The translations under genes were made by a program, and so were the position numbers. Under the pieces are notes generated by a model. The model worked only from the letters and a program-made list of their open reading frames with translations, was not told where the DNA came from and did no database searches. 64,000 bases of DNA from the IMG/VR virus record IMGVR_UViG_3300028597_000007; one strand, 5' to 3'. Shown piece by piece: positions 19,574 to 28,973 of this stretch (positions within the stretch are counted from its first letter, which is position 1; every line of letters starts with the position of its first letter). The DNA comes from a virus.

Positions 19574-20893
19574 TTACCCTTTCATTTTGGAAATGTCGCT
19601 ACGAACAGCTTCGACACTCTTTTTCAGCTTGGCCTTAATGGCCGGGTCCAGATCGTCATGCGACAGCATCTTGGCAGTGTGTTCGTAGAGTTCCTTGTAA
19701 GCCACGGTCATGTCCTGGGCGAAACGCTTAAAGCCCATGGTCATTTCCCGCATCTCCAAGTCGGCCGCAACCATCAGGTTGTTGATGACGCGCAGCATGC
19801 CTTCGAAGTCTCTGGCCTTCTTACGAATGTGCTCCATGACGTCTTTCGGTACGTCTGTAGCGTCGTCCAGTTTCTTCTGAGCCTCTGCCACAGACTTTTG
19901 GGCCTTGGCCAGCTTTTCGTCAATCTGCCCAACAAACCCAAGCCAACCTAAAGCAACCTGCAACTCAACGCCCAGGTAGGTGGAGGAAGGTGGCGATGCG
20001 TCCTTGTAGAATTTGGCCAGCGGAGAACTACCCTTCAGGTCGTCTGGGGTCACCTTCATGCGGATGACAGATTCATAGCTTTCGAGATAAGCGTTGAATT
20101 CCTCGATGGTGGCACCACGCTTGTTGAGTTTCTTCTCCCAGTCGACCGTACAATACATCGACTTCGCATCAAGGTTGGCTTTGATGTTATCGTACGTGAA
20201 GGCTTCCCTACCGCTGAAGGAAGGTAAGTCGCGCAGCGTAAGTTTATCGACGTTACCCTTGGAGATAAGGTCAATGTCGCCGCCAACGTTATCGGCAAAG
20301 AACTTATCAAGGTACGACACCATCCTGCAATTGTCGGCACTCAACTTGCTGGCAGCGTCCAGCGCAGGCATTGCCGCCCAGGCCATCAACTCACCACGAG
20401 TGACACCCTCCTCAACCAATTGCTCCATGCGCTTCTGTACGGCTTCCTGAATCTTCTCGCGCATGGCCGGGTCGTTCTGATCGAACACCGTCTGGTAGAC
20501 AGTGACGCATCGCTTGGTCATTTCCTGTTGCTTAGCGGCTTTATCGCCACGGGACATCATCTTGGTGATGAGGAAACCAATGGCACCGATGGCAGCGACC
20601 GCGCCAACCACAGCAGCGACCTTAACAGCCGTCTTGAGAGACTCGGTGGCCACGGCGTAGTTGGTGTGCGTAACTTGACTGGTGAAGGATTCCAGCACTA
20701 CCTGAGACGGCAGGATGCCTTTGAACTGGGTGGCGTGGGCAATGGACACACCGCCTGCCATTTCCAAAGATTCCAGCTGCATCTGGAACTCCTTGCCCTG
20801 GGAGTCTGCCAAGTCGCGCAGTTCTTCCAACTGCTCCAACGTCATGCCTGCCATCTCTTCAGGCGTGATGTCGGTAATTCCGGGAATGTTCAT
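19574..20893 (-). CDS. Internal head (ejection-type) virion protein, phiKZ-like paralogue family
   Basis: Acidic propeptide, GGVS...LES FT...NY.VATESL motif, then a hydrophobic segment. Confidence 0.75.
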   Translation of the reverse strand: MNIPGITDITPEEMAGMTLEQLEELRDLADSQGKEFQMQLESLEMAGGVSIAHATQFKGILPSQVVLESFTSQVTHTNYAVATESLKTAVKVAAVVGAVAAIGAIGFLITKMMSRGDKAAKQQEMTKRCVTVYQTVFDQNDPAMREKIQEAVQKRMEQLVEEGVTRGELMAWAAMPALDAASKLSADNCRMVSYLDKFFADNVGGDIDLISKGNVDKLTLRDLPSFSGREAFTYDNIKANLDAKSMYCTVDWEKKLNKRGATIEEFNAYLESYESVIRMKVTPDDLKGSSPLAKFYKDASPPSSTYLGVELQVALGWLGFVGQIDEKLAKAQKSVAEAQKKLDDATDVPKDVMEHIRKKARDFEGMLRVINNLMVAADLEMREMTMGFKRFAQDMTVAYKELYEHTAKMLSHDDLDPAIKAKLKKSVEAVRSDISKMKG

Positions 20894-20902
20894 AGAGGTT
20901 CC

Positions 20903-22228
20903 TTAAATCCTGGGCAGAGACTTGATGGACTCGCGGATACCTTCGCGGATCTTCTCGTCGGTGTTCGGGTCGTTGATGATGTATTCCAGCGCAATCTTGA
21001 TACCCTTGACTTCCATCACGTTGATGGCGGTCACCGCTTGAGCGACGTGGGTATAGGTTGCGATTTCCAAGTTGATCAGGTCGATCAGTTTGTCCACGTA
21101 CTTGACCGAGTCGCGGATGTCCTCGATCAGTGCAGTCAAACCTTTCTTGAAGTCTGGTGGAAGGTCAGCGTCAACACCTTCCAGACGCTTCTCCTGCTTG
21201 GGCAGGTCTTGGGCGATCTTGGAGATGTCGTTGAGCATCTTGTACTGCTCAGCCAACTTGGTCGGCGACTTGACTTCTTTGTTGGGTTGCTTGTTCATGC
21301 GGTCGAAGACAACACGGGTCATCTCGACGCTGAAACCGTTGTCGCCACGGGCCCAGGACATGAAGGTTTCGAAGTCGATCTTCTTGCCCAACATGGTGTT
21401 GGTACCCACGCTACCGTAGTGCAGTTCTTTGAACTGCTCGGCGCACCAGTGATCAAGCTTAGCCGTCTCTGTGTGGTCAACACGACCGATGGTGGCATGG
21501 GCTTTCATGAAGCCTGGGGTGATTAGGCCATTTGGGTTCTTGGCGAACTTGATGATCTCATCGATGGCGGGTACCAGCTTCTCGTGGTAGTCCTTGTAGG
21601 TGTTGATGTTGGCTCGTTCAATCAGCTGGGTGAGCGAGGCGCCGATCTTCACATCTTTGTAGAAGAGCTGCTCCAAATAACGCATGGTGTAGGCGTTGGG
21701 CTTGGAAGCAACGAAGCGCTGGATACCTTGTTCACGACTGTCTGCACGAGCCTTCTCGGCGTCACGCGCAGCCTGGGCCTCGTTGGCACGCATCTTGGCC
21801 ATGTTGCTTTCCCAAGCTACACGAGCTTCACGTGCCTTCTTCTCATCCTCGGCCGTCTTGGCATTGAGGGTGGCAGTCTTCTTGTTCGCGGTCTTCAGTG
21901 CCCAGTACAGCAGCGAACCAAACACCGCAACGACAGCAACACCTACCAGCACCTTGGCAGTGGTGGACAGGGATTCTTCCACCATCCAGTAGCCGTTGTA
22001 GCTTGGGCGGTCAGTGAAGCCTTCCATCGCCATGGTAGGTGGCAGGAGTTCACGCATTTGCATGGCGACGTCTTTGGAGATGCCGCCCACTTCCTGCATG
22101 TTCTCCATGTACATGATGACCTTGCCATGGTCACGATCGATATCCCGACGCAGGACTTCAATGCCCCGCTCATCCAACGTGAGCAAATGCTCCAGTGTTA
22201 CGTGCTTGTATTTTTCTCGCAGATCCAT
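20903..22228 (-). CDS. Internal head (ejection-type) virion protein, paralogue of 19574..20893
   Basis: GGIS...AMEGFT..PS.N.Y...EESL motif, then a hydrophobic segment. Confidence 0.75.
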   Translation of the reverse strand: MDLREKYKHVTLEHLLTLDERGIEVLRRDIDRDHGKVIMYMENMQEVGGISKDVAMQMRELLPPTMAMEGFTDRPSYNGYWMVEESLSTTAKVLVGVAVVAVFGSLLYWALKTANKKTATLNAKTAEDEKKAREARVAWESNMAKMRANEAQAARDAEKARADSREQGIQRFVASKPNAYTMRYLEQLFYKDVKIGASLTQLIERANINTYKDYHEKLVPAIDEIIKFAKNPNGLITPGFMKAHATIGRVDHTETAKLDHWCAEQFKELHYGSVGTNTMLGKKIDFETFMSWARGDNGFSVEMTRVVFDRMNKQPNKEVKSPTKLAEQYKMLNDISKIAQDLPKQEKRLEGVDADLPPDFKKGLTALIEDIRDSVKYVDKLIDLINLEIATYTHVAQAVTAINVMEVKGIKIALEYIINDPNTDEKIREGIRESIKSLPRI

Positions 22229-22245
22229 GGCGGGATGCTCCGGGC

Positions 22246-23571
22246 CTATTTGTAGTAGTTCATGGTGAGTGCGCGGACCACGATATAAAGTTCCAACGCG
22301 GTGCGCAGCGATGCGATTTGTGAATCGGACTTGGACAGCTTGGACTTCTTGACGATGTCTTCCGCATAACCGCGGGCCTTGATCAGGCCTTGGTCTTTCA
22401 TACGGGAGGCACCGTAGAGGTCTTTGAGCTTGCTTACGAGCAGAGCCATGTTGTCCACAGACTTGATGTCAATGCGGTTAACTTGGATGTACTCGATGGC
22501 GTGCAGCACCAGCTCTTCAGACAGCTCGTTGGTGGGGACTTTGGTGCGACCCTTGTGTGCCTCGCACACCCACTTCAAAAGATCCCACAGGAGCTTCTCT
22601 GAGGCCGTAGAGACCAACTCTCGTACCAGCGTCACGACCTCATCACGAATGAACGTGTTAGGGTCGTTCATCACCGACTGGATGTAGGTGACATAACGCT
22701 TGTTGTTGTCGAGGTTAGACTTAACCATCAGCTCGCCGTCAATGACGAGAGTAGAAGTCACGGTGCGAATACGCCCACCATTGCGACGAATGTCCATGTG
22801 GACTTGGAAGATCTTCTTGACCACTTCACGCAGACGGTCCTGAGGCTCGGTTACCGCGTAGGTTACACGGCTGTCGGGAGCAAAGTGCGTCACCACGCGT
22901 GCGTGAATGGCGTTGGGTTGCAGGAAGTTCTCAGCACGGGTCGTGAACCATGCGTCCCAGCTACCAGCCTGCTTGATACCCCACTTCAAATCGAGGGAGG
23001 CATAAGTGGCTTTGGCCTCTTCGATGGAGGCAGGCTTGTCGTACCAATGCGACAGGAGCGACGTGAACAGCTTAACCTGCAGCATGTAGAACGCATCGAT
23101 CTTACCCTGTTCCTTGGCCTTGATAGAAAGCTTAGAGGAGGTATGAATACGATGGATCAGGTACAGGGCCGCGGTGTTGTACGGGTCGGACAGACGAGCG
23201 AAGTCAGATTCGATCAACGGCGTCTGGATAATGCGTTGGCGAGCATCGTGTTCGCTGATACCCAAGACGTCTTCAAAGAACACGTCACGGTCAATCTTGG
23301 TGTGGCGCACGATTTCCACACCAAGCAGGTTACCACCAAAGAACGCAATGTGGTCTTCGTTCTTGTTGATGAAACCCAGCTTGTAGCGGCGGATGCGGTC
23401 GATCAAATAGTTGTCGACAGTCAGGTCTTCACACAGTTCGTCGTAGACCCGCTTGATTGCATCGCCAGTGGCACCCAGTGCTTCGAGCGCCATTTGTGGT
23501 TCAAGGTTAAGACGGTGTGAGGCGTCCCATTCTTGGTCGAAGATAAACGTCGACGTTTGTTCCGAAAACAT
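22246..23571 (-). CDS. Conserved phiKZ-like virion-associated protein
   Basis: 441 aa; HIAFFGGNLLGV motif recalled from phiKZ-like proteins; ALE site near the N-terminus. Confidence 0.6.
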   Translation of the reverse strand: MFSEQTSTFIFDQEWDASHRLNLEPQMALEALGATGDAIKRVYDELCEDLTVDNYLIDRIRRYKLGFINKNEDHIAFFGGNLLGVEIVRHTKIDRDVFFEDVLGISEHDARQRIIQTPLIESDFARLSDPYNTAALYLIHRIHTSSKLSIKAKEQGKIDAFYMLQVKLFTSLLSHWYDKPASIEEAKATYASLDLKWGIKQAGSWDAWFTTRAENFLQPNAIHARVVTHFAPDSRVTYAVTEPQDRLREVVKKIFQVHMDIRRNGGRIRTVTSTLVIDGELMVKSNLDNNKRYVTYIQSVMNDPNTFIRDEVVTLVRELVSTASEKLLWDLLKWVCEAHKGRTKVPTNELSEELVLHAIEYIQVNRIDIKSVDNMALLVSKLKDLYGASRMKDQGLIKARGYAEDIVKKSKLSKSDSQIASLRTALELYIVVRALTMNYYK

Positions 23572-23616
23572 AGTGGGTATCCCCGGTTAAGGTGGCTATA
23601 CGATAGGAGGCGATTT

Positions 23617-23653
23617 AACCAAATCTCAGACCTATAATACCTACTTGAATGAC
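23617..23653 (+). promoter_or_regulatory. Putative early phage promoter (37-nt repeat)
   Basis: AACCAAATCTCAGACCT-N12-TGAATGAC; both blocks identical to 51843..51879. Confidence 0.75.
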
Positions 23654-23679
23654 GAGAATAATCTTTGTCATTTCATTAT

Positions 23680-23702
23680 TTTCCCAAGTCCTAAGGAGGA
23701 CT
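23680..23702 (+). promoter_or_regulatory. SD-sequestering hairpin repeat, copy 1
   Basis: TTTCCCA-AGTCCT-AAGG-AGGACT. Confidence 0.7.
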
Positions 23703-23706
23703 AATC

Positions 23707-24618
23707 ATGCAAGAAGCTAACCTCACTTTCACTGAATCCGTTGAAGGCGCCCTGATGTTCAGCCATGAGGGTCGCAACTTCCTTTACGCTGGTCGTAAGG
23801 ATGGGTTCGTGTACGGCGTCCGCACTGATGCCAATGGCAGGTGGCAGGCGTTGGTTGGCGACGCCGCCAACCGTGAGTACGAGCTGGTGGGCACCAAGGC
23901 CACTCAGGAGGGCATGGACTTTATCGTGTTCGATCTGGCCCACATCAAGATCGATACGCTGGTGGAGGTCCAAGACCTGGTGAAGCAGCGGGATGAGCTG
24001 GATGACCTGGCTATCTCAACCATCAGCAAATCCGATTGCCGCAAACCAGACGGCATCAGCATCGGGTTGATCGATGGCATGCTGGCCATGGCTCGGGTTC
24101 TGCGTAAGAGCGACCTGTCCGCCAAAGAGGTGCAGGAAGCTTTGAAGGACCTGCAGGCCGATGAGGATATGAAGTTCCTCATGTACTCGGCTACTCTGGT
24201 ACCGATGGCCCAGTGCGACACCGACTGGGAGTTCGGTGAGGAGGAGAAGGTTCTCGTCCCTGCGGATGAGCCTGTGCTGATCGCCCCAGCTGCGGTGGCC
24301 TTAGCCAAGGCTCCCGAGCCACCGAAGGACGGCTCGTACAAGGTGGTGTTTGCTCAGAAGACCTGGCCATGCGGCTGGGATCAAGAGGACTCCACTACCG
24401 AGTTCCCGGATCGGGATGCCCTGAACGCCTGGCTGCTGGGGAAGATCGAGTGGTGCAAGTACGAGGATAACGGTTTCCGTTGCCGGGTCTACCGGTACGA
24501 TAACAACTTCCCGTACTCGGTCGGCAAAGCCGAGTGGACTGACAAACAGTTCACCGACGTTGGCCTCAGCTGGAAGCCTACCGTTGAAATCCTTTCCGAC
24601 ATGGAATGGATGAAGTAA
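23707..24618 (+). CDS. Acidic hypothetical protein
   Basis: First gene after the promoter; strong SD. Confidence 0.85.
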   Translation: MQEANLTFTESVEGALMFSHEGRNFLYAGRKDGFVYGVRTDANGRWQALVGDAANREYELVGTKATQEGMDFIVFDLAHIKIDTLVEVQDLVKQRDELDDLAISTISKSDCRKPDGISIGLIDGMLAMARVLRKSDLSAKEVQEALKDLQADEDMKFLMYSATLVPMAQCDTDWEFGEEEKVLVPADEPVLIAPAAVALAKAPEPPKDGSYKVVFAQKTWPCGWDQEDSTTEFPDRDALNAWLLGKIEWCKYEDNGFRCRVYRYDNNFPYSVGKAEWTDKQFTDVGLSWKPTVEILSDMEWMK

Positions 24619-24687
24619 TACCCGCAACACCCTAGCCTGCCAATGGTGGTGGGCTAGGTCAATTTCAAGTTCTAGGAGAACACTGCA

Positions 24688-25104
24688 ATGGCTATGAAAG
24701 ATTTCGATACTAAAGAACTGATCGTCGGCTTCACTGCAATTGCCCTGCTGGCAGTTGGCTGCGTCTGGGTGACTCTGGGCATCTACAAGTGGGTCGGTCA
24801 ATCGGCAACAAACATCCTCTGCCTGATGAGCATTGTAATGATCGTGTATACCGAGTGGCGGATGCGCAAGAATCCGATGGAGCTGCGCAAGTATCTACAC
24901 GACCTGCACAAATCCCTGTGGGCTCATAAGCACGCTTATCGGATTCGTGCTTTCATGTGCCTGATGAACATCTCGGCACTGTTCTCGCTGGCGCTGCTTG
25001 GCTGGTGGTTCGCGTTCTTCACTGGCCTGTGTCTGTCTGTTGTGCTGATCAAACGTATCCGTGAAGCACAGATGGTTCACTGGCGCGAAGGCACTACCGC
25101 TTAA
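24688..25104 (+). CDS. Multi-pass membrane protein
   Basis: About four hydrophobic segments; AGGAG SD. Confidence 0.8.
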   Translation: MAMKDFDTKELIVGFTAIALLAVGCVWVTLGIYKWVGQSATNILCLMSIVMIVYTEWRMRKNPMELRKYLHDLHKSLWAHKHAYRIRAFMCLMNISALFSLALLGWWFAFFTGLCLSVVLIKRIREAQMVHWREGTTA

Positions 25105-25118
25105 TCCACCTTTCCTCC

Positions 25119-25150
25119 GGGGCCTCCATGAGGGGGCTCCAACTTATGCC
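25119..25150 (+). terminator. Hairpin followed by TATGCC
   Basis: GGGGCCTCC-ATGA-GGGGGCTCC (two G.U pairs), TATG at 25145. Confidence 0.6.
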
Positions 25151-25168
25151 CGCATTAGGAGATACATC

Positions 25169-25678
25169 ATGATGAACGCAATCTTCGGCAACAACCACAA
25201 CAACTGGAACCACAACGTAGATGCGGTTCTGGAAGCCCTGCAGGCCTGCGACTATCAGGCTCGTATCGAGCGCGAAGGTGCCTCCAACAAGAAGCATCAG
25301 CTGCTGGGCGTCGGCCTGCTGTTTGTCGACAGCGCCGAGCAGTATGTGGTGCCATGCTTCAACGACATGGAGTTCGAGCTGACTCCAATCGTTCTGCGTG
25401 AAGGCAAGCTGGTGGTGACCATGAAAGCTGTCGGCAAGGCCAAATCGATTGGCCACCAGTGGTTCGAGTCGGTGGTCACCGAAGGTAATGGTCACCTGGC
25501 CATGTTCATGACCACTCAGGACAAGGTCAACGAAGCTGTGCGCACCGAACCTCCAATCTACGAGCCGCCGGTGGTGTTGGTACCGAAAGACGAGGCAGCG
25601 GCAGCGGTCTCTACTGCGGCTGAAGCTGCAGTGAACCAGACTGCTCCAGCCGGCACTGCACCAGCGGCAGCCGCGTAA
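25169..25678 (+). CDS. Hypothetical protein with Ala-rich tail
   Basis: AGGAG SD before ATG 25169; strong codon bias. Confidence 0.85.
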   Translation: MMNAIFGNNHNNWNHNVDAVLEALQACDYQARIEREGASNKKHQLLGVGLLFVDSAEQYVVPCFNDMEFELTPIVLREGKLVVTMKAVGKAKSIGHQWFESVVTEGNGHLAMFMTTQDKVNEAVRTEPPIYEPPVVLVPKDEAAAAVSTAAEAAVNQTAPAGTAPAAAA

Positions 25679-25684
25679 CACCCA

Positions 25685-25714
25685 GGGCCTTCTAACGAGG
25701 GCCCACTCTTATGC
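25685..25714 (+). terminator. Hairpin followed by TATGC
   Basis: GGGCCTTC-TAAC-GAGGGCCC, TATG at 25710. Confidence 0.6.
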
Positions 25715-25744
25715 ACATTCATGGGGAGTGTGTATAAAAGTTTG

Positions 25745-25766
25745 ATACCCACGTCCTAGGGAGGAC
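25745..25766 (+). promoter_or_regulatory. SD-sequestering hairpin repeat, copy 2
   Basis: ATACCCAC-GTCCT-AGGG-AGGAC. Confidence 0.7.
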
Positions 25767-25768
25767 TT

Positions 25769-26674
25769 ATGAAAGATCTGGAAAAGCAATTCGAACCACA
25801 AGACATCGAGTCGGCCAAAGCCTGGGTTCGCAATGAATGCGGTCCCATGAGCGAAGAGGGCTTCGCCAAGGCAGTTAAGCAGGTGCTTGAACTGCGTAGG
25901 GCTCCGCGTGTCATCGAGCTTAAGGGAGGCGTACCGCTGAACATGCACACCCCGCCAGCGGACTACAAACCTTTCCCCGAAGAGGTGCTCAACCAAGTAC
26001 CTAAGCGGTACAACGAAAAGCAGGTCACCGAGGCCAAGGCTTACATCAGTGAGAACTTCGATACTCGCGCACTATCTGGCGGTGATTACGACAAGCTCCT
26101 GGGCCAGGTGCTGCAGGTGCTCAACCCGACTGGCCTCCCATGGGATGTCAGCGAACTGAATGCGGATATATTCGCCAAGCCTGTCCAGCATTCCTACGTG
26201 ACGGGGGAACTCCTGCAAAGGGCGGAAGAAGAGCCTCTACTGAATCTGGATAACGTCCGTCGGATGCCAGAGATGCAGAAGCCTGCGCCGACCTTCGAAG
26301 ACAAGGTTACCAATCGCCTGATGCTGGCACTGGCCCGTGGTGAGATCAAGCTGGAGCTGGATGGCACTCCAGAGGGGAAGGCTCGCGATGCCAAGGTGGT
26401 CAAGGAGTACCTGACCCGCAATGCCGGCTACTACCCCTACGAGACTCGTGACCAATGGCTGCAAGAGACTGGTGGGGTTTCGGTTAATCCGCGTGGTGGT
26501 GTGGACTTCGAGTATCCAGACAGCGACGGCATCTGCATGTTCGACATCAACCCACCTCGTCCAACCGATACCCATGCCAGCGGCCTGTTGGAGAAAGTGC
26601 AGTTGGGTCGTAACCCAGAACTGCGTACTAATCGACTCGTCCTCGTCACCCCAATCAGTGACAAAGACGAATGA
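25769..26674 (+). CDS. Hypothetical protein with two internal repeats of about 45 aa
   Basis: ...AKAW...QVL and ...AKAY...QVL repeats. Confidence 0.85.
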   Translation: MKDLEKQFEPQDIESAKAWVRNECGPMSEEGFAKAVKQVLELRRAPRVIELKGGVPLNMHTPPADYKPFPEEVLNQVPKRYNEKQVTEAKAYISENFDTRALSGGDYDKLLGQVLQVLNPTGLPWDVSELNADIFAKPVQHSYVTGELLQRAEEEPLLNLDNVRRMPEMQKPAPTFEDKVTNRLMLALARGEIKLELDGTPEGKARDAKVVKEYLTRNAGYYPYETRDQWLQETGGVSVNPRGGVDFEYPDSDGICMFDINPPRPTDTHASGLLEKVQLGRNPELRTNRLVLVTPISDKDE

Positions 26675-27030
26675 ACCGCGAGGTAAAGGAAGCTCGGTTC
26701 ATCATCTTTGATGGTATTCAAACCGGAATGCTCAGACTGCGCAGCCTCGACGACGATCTCGAACACAATGCTCGATTGGCCAAGGCCTTCGTTGCAGTGT
26801 GGCGTGCCAAGCATCGGACCTGCGTAGCCAGGACCCAGATCAAGTCCATGGAGATGTATGCATTGGTTGAGCGATTGCCAACCGGTGCCGACGTATCTGT
26901 TGAGGAGGCGTTCCTTGAGCAGGAACGCCTTTATCAGCTGGAGTTTCCACAACCATTCAGGCCATACGGGATTATTGAAATCCATTGGCTTTATGAATTA
27001 TCCAAAAAGCTAGTAATTCCCAGATCCTAA
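26671..27030 (+). CDS. Hypothetical protein
   Basis: ATGA overlap with upstream gene. Confidence 0.7.
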   Translation: MNREVKEARFIIFDGIQTGMLRLRSLDDDLEHNARLAKAFVAVWRAKHRTCVARTQIKSMEMYALVERLPTGADVSVEEAFLEQERLYQLEFPQPFRPYGIIEIHWLYELSKKLVIPRS

Positions 27031-27038
27031 GGAGGATC
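27016..27038 (+). promoter_or_regulatory. SD-sequestering hairpin repeat, copy 3 (compensatory change)
   Basis: ATTCCCA-GATCCT-AAGG-AGGATC. Confidence 0.7.
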
Positions 27039-27040
27039 AG

Positions 27041-27796
27041 ATGTCCAAAGCAAAACGCGCAATGATTGAATCCATGACGCCAGAGAACCGCAACATTCTG
27101 TTGCTGTTGCAAATGCGCACGGGGACTTACATGGATGGCGAGACCACCGTCTGTAAACGGGTGAGCGTCATTCGTCATCGCGGGGCAGAGTACATCTGTC
27201 CTGTTACCAACCCAGGCATCGACATGGACATGCGGCCGCTCATTCTCAATCCGAATGGCGACATCGTCCGGTCTGTGGTTGGCGTCAAGTTGGACCAGTC
27301 GTCCGAATACGTCGGCATGCTGGACATCATGGTGGGTAGCACAGAGCTGCTCGAAGGCATGCGCCGTGCTTCGGTAGAGCGTCGTCGTGGGCCAGTCACC
27401 CCACTAACGGGTGGCCGTCGTATCACTGACCCTGCTTACGCCAGCCAACCCAAGCACTCCCAAACGGGGATGGGTCGCATTAGCCCAGCACGCATGCACG
27501 GTGAGACCGAGTACAACTCCAACTACCCGCTGGAGGCACTCACGCTCAGCCCGGAGGCGTTGGCAACCATTGGGGCTCACGCCAACCAAGAGTCGATCAG
27601 TGCGACAAAGGCCTTGATCATGAACAAGGCTCCGTTGAAGGATTCCGAATACTTCCACACCAAGATTCGGATGCCTGGCTATGTACCTCGCAAGGTCAGC
27701 TTCTGGGCCCGCATGGGTTACCGTTGCGAAGTCCTCATGGAACGCGTGGCAGAAAGCCGCGTAGGTCGTTTCTTCAAATCGCTGTTCAATCGTTAA
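27041..27796 (+). CDS. Hypothetical protein
   Basis: Strong SD, 251 aa. Confidence 0.85.
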   Translation: MSKAKRAMIESMTPENRNILLLLQMRTGTYMDGETTVCKRVSVIRHRGAEYICPVTNPGIDMDMRPLILNPNGDIVRSVVGVKLDQSSEYVGMLDIMVGSTELLEGMRRASVERRRGPVTPLTGGRRITDPAYASQPKHSQTGMGRISPARMHGETEYNSNYPLEALTLSPEALATIGAHANQESISATKALIMNKAPLKDSEYFHTKIRMPGYVPRKVSFWARMGYRCEVLMERVAESRVGRFFKSLFNR

Positions 27797-27798
27797 TT

Positions 27799-27820
27799 AT
27801 ACCCACGTCCTAAGGAGGAC
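27799..27820 (+). promoter_or_regulatory. SD-sequestering hairpin repeat, copy 4
   Basis: ATACCCAC-GTCCT-AAGG-AGGAC. Confidence 0.7.
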
Positions 27821-27825
27821 ACGCT

Positions 27826-28011
27826 GTGAAGAATTTTGCTATCCTGGCTTTCGGTATTGTTGTTGGCATGACTGTTGTTTTGAACTCCTCGCTGATGCAG
27901 GAGCCTAAAGCACAAGCACAAGAGGAAGTGGCTACTGGTCATCGTATTACCCCCATGGGTCAGTCGATGATCACCTACGCCGGTGCTCGTGCTCAAGTCG
28001 TCGCCTTCTAA
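27826..28011 (+). CDS. Small secreted or membrane-anchored protein
   Basis: N-terminal MK plus hydrophobic helix; strong SD. Confidence 0.7.
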   Translation: MKNFAILAFGIVVGMTVVLNSSLMQEPKAQAQEEVATGHRITPMGQSMITYAGARAQVVAF

Positions 28012-28033
28012 CCATACCCGCAGGAGAAATACC

Positions 28034-28417
28034 ATGGATCTGTTTGACGTAATGATTAGCCTGTCTTCCACCCGCAAAATGGAACACCAGGATCACTGGT
28101 TCACTCCAACGGGGGGCTGGAAAGGCTTGATCAATGACCAGATCGAACACACTCAATCGGGCGACGTGATCTACACACTCGCCCCATCGGGTAGCCGCAT
28201 GATCGTCATCGTGACGCCATTCGGCAATGTCTTACTGGAAGAGGTTGATCGCTCAGCACGCACGGTTATCCTGCGTACCACCCCCATGCTCGAAAGACTG
28301 TGGGGCAAAGGGAATGTTCCTGAAGACCAGTTGGAATGTCTACTGGGTCTTTGGGGCAATGACAATGTCGGGCACACCCTGCAGAAACTTGCACAGGCGC
28401 CTTTAACAGCTGGATAG
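28034..28417 (+). CDS. Hypothetical protein
   Basis: AGGAG SD before ATG 28034. Confidence 0.8.
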   Translation: MDLFDVMISLSSTRKMEHQDHWFTPTGGWKGLINDQIEHTQSGDVIYTLAPSGSRMIVIVTPFGNVLLEEVDRSARTVILRTTPMLERLWGKGNVPEDQLECLLGLWGNDNVGHTLQKLAQAPLTAG

Positions 28418-28431
28418 CCATGGAGGCTACA

Positions 28432-28599
28432 ATGCGATTCTTATTGTCTAAGGCAAGCCTGATCTTCTTCGCCACTGTGCTCATGCTCGGTGGCCCGCGC
28501 ACGATCCTCATCCTGATCGCTGCGTCTGTAGTTACCATCGTAGCTGGTGTAGTATCCCAGCTACTGTTCAAAGTAAACATCCATGAGACCGGAGGTTGA
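28432..28599 (+). CDS. 55-aa two-helix membrane protein (below the ORF-track cutoff)
   Basis: GGAGG SD; MRFLLSKASLIFFATVLMLGGPRTILILIAASVVTIVAGVVSQLLFKVNIHETGG; fills the gap exactly. Confidence 0.75.
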   Translation: MRFLLSKASLIFFATVLMLGGPRTILILIAASVVTIVAGVVSQLLFKVNIHETGG

Positions 28600-28600
28600 C

Positions 28601-28957
28601 ATGGTAAACCCAAGCCAAGCAATTGTTTTCATCAAGAACGACGATCCCAAAGCCACTATGCGTCACATCCCTGTGGATGATGATCCGAAGTGGCTGGCCA
28701 AGCTCAAGTACGTGCTGGACTACGGTTCGAAGTACGCGGACTTGGTGGGGCCGCTGCTGGTATCTCACACGCTCCACGGGCCGAATGGGGAGGACAAACT
28801 CATGTTCTACCCACTACCCTACCTCTTCCGCACAGAGCGCGAGCGCAAGCAAGCAGCGGAACGCCTCGGCAAGCAAGCGCCACCCGATGCATGGGTGCGC
28901 CGCAAGCTGAAGGTCCTGGCCAATCTCTGTGGCCGTGAAGAAGCACAAGTCGCCTAA
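28601..28957 (+). CDS. Hypothetical protein
   Basis: GGAGG SD before ATG 28601. Confidence 0.75.
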   Translation: MVNPSQAIVFIKNDDPKATMRHIPVDDDPKWLAKLKYVLDYGSKYADLVGPLLVSHTLHGPNGEDKLMFYPLPYLFRTERERKQAAERLGKQAPPDAWVRRKLKVLANLCGREEAQVA

Positions 28958-28973
28958 ATCTTAAGGCGACCAT

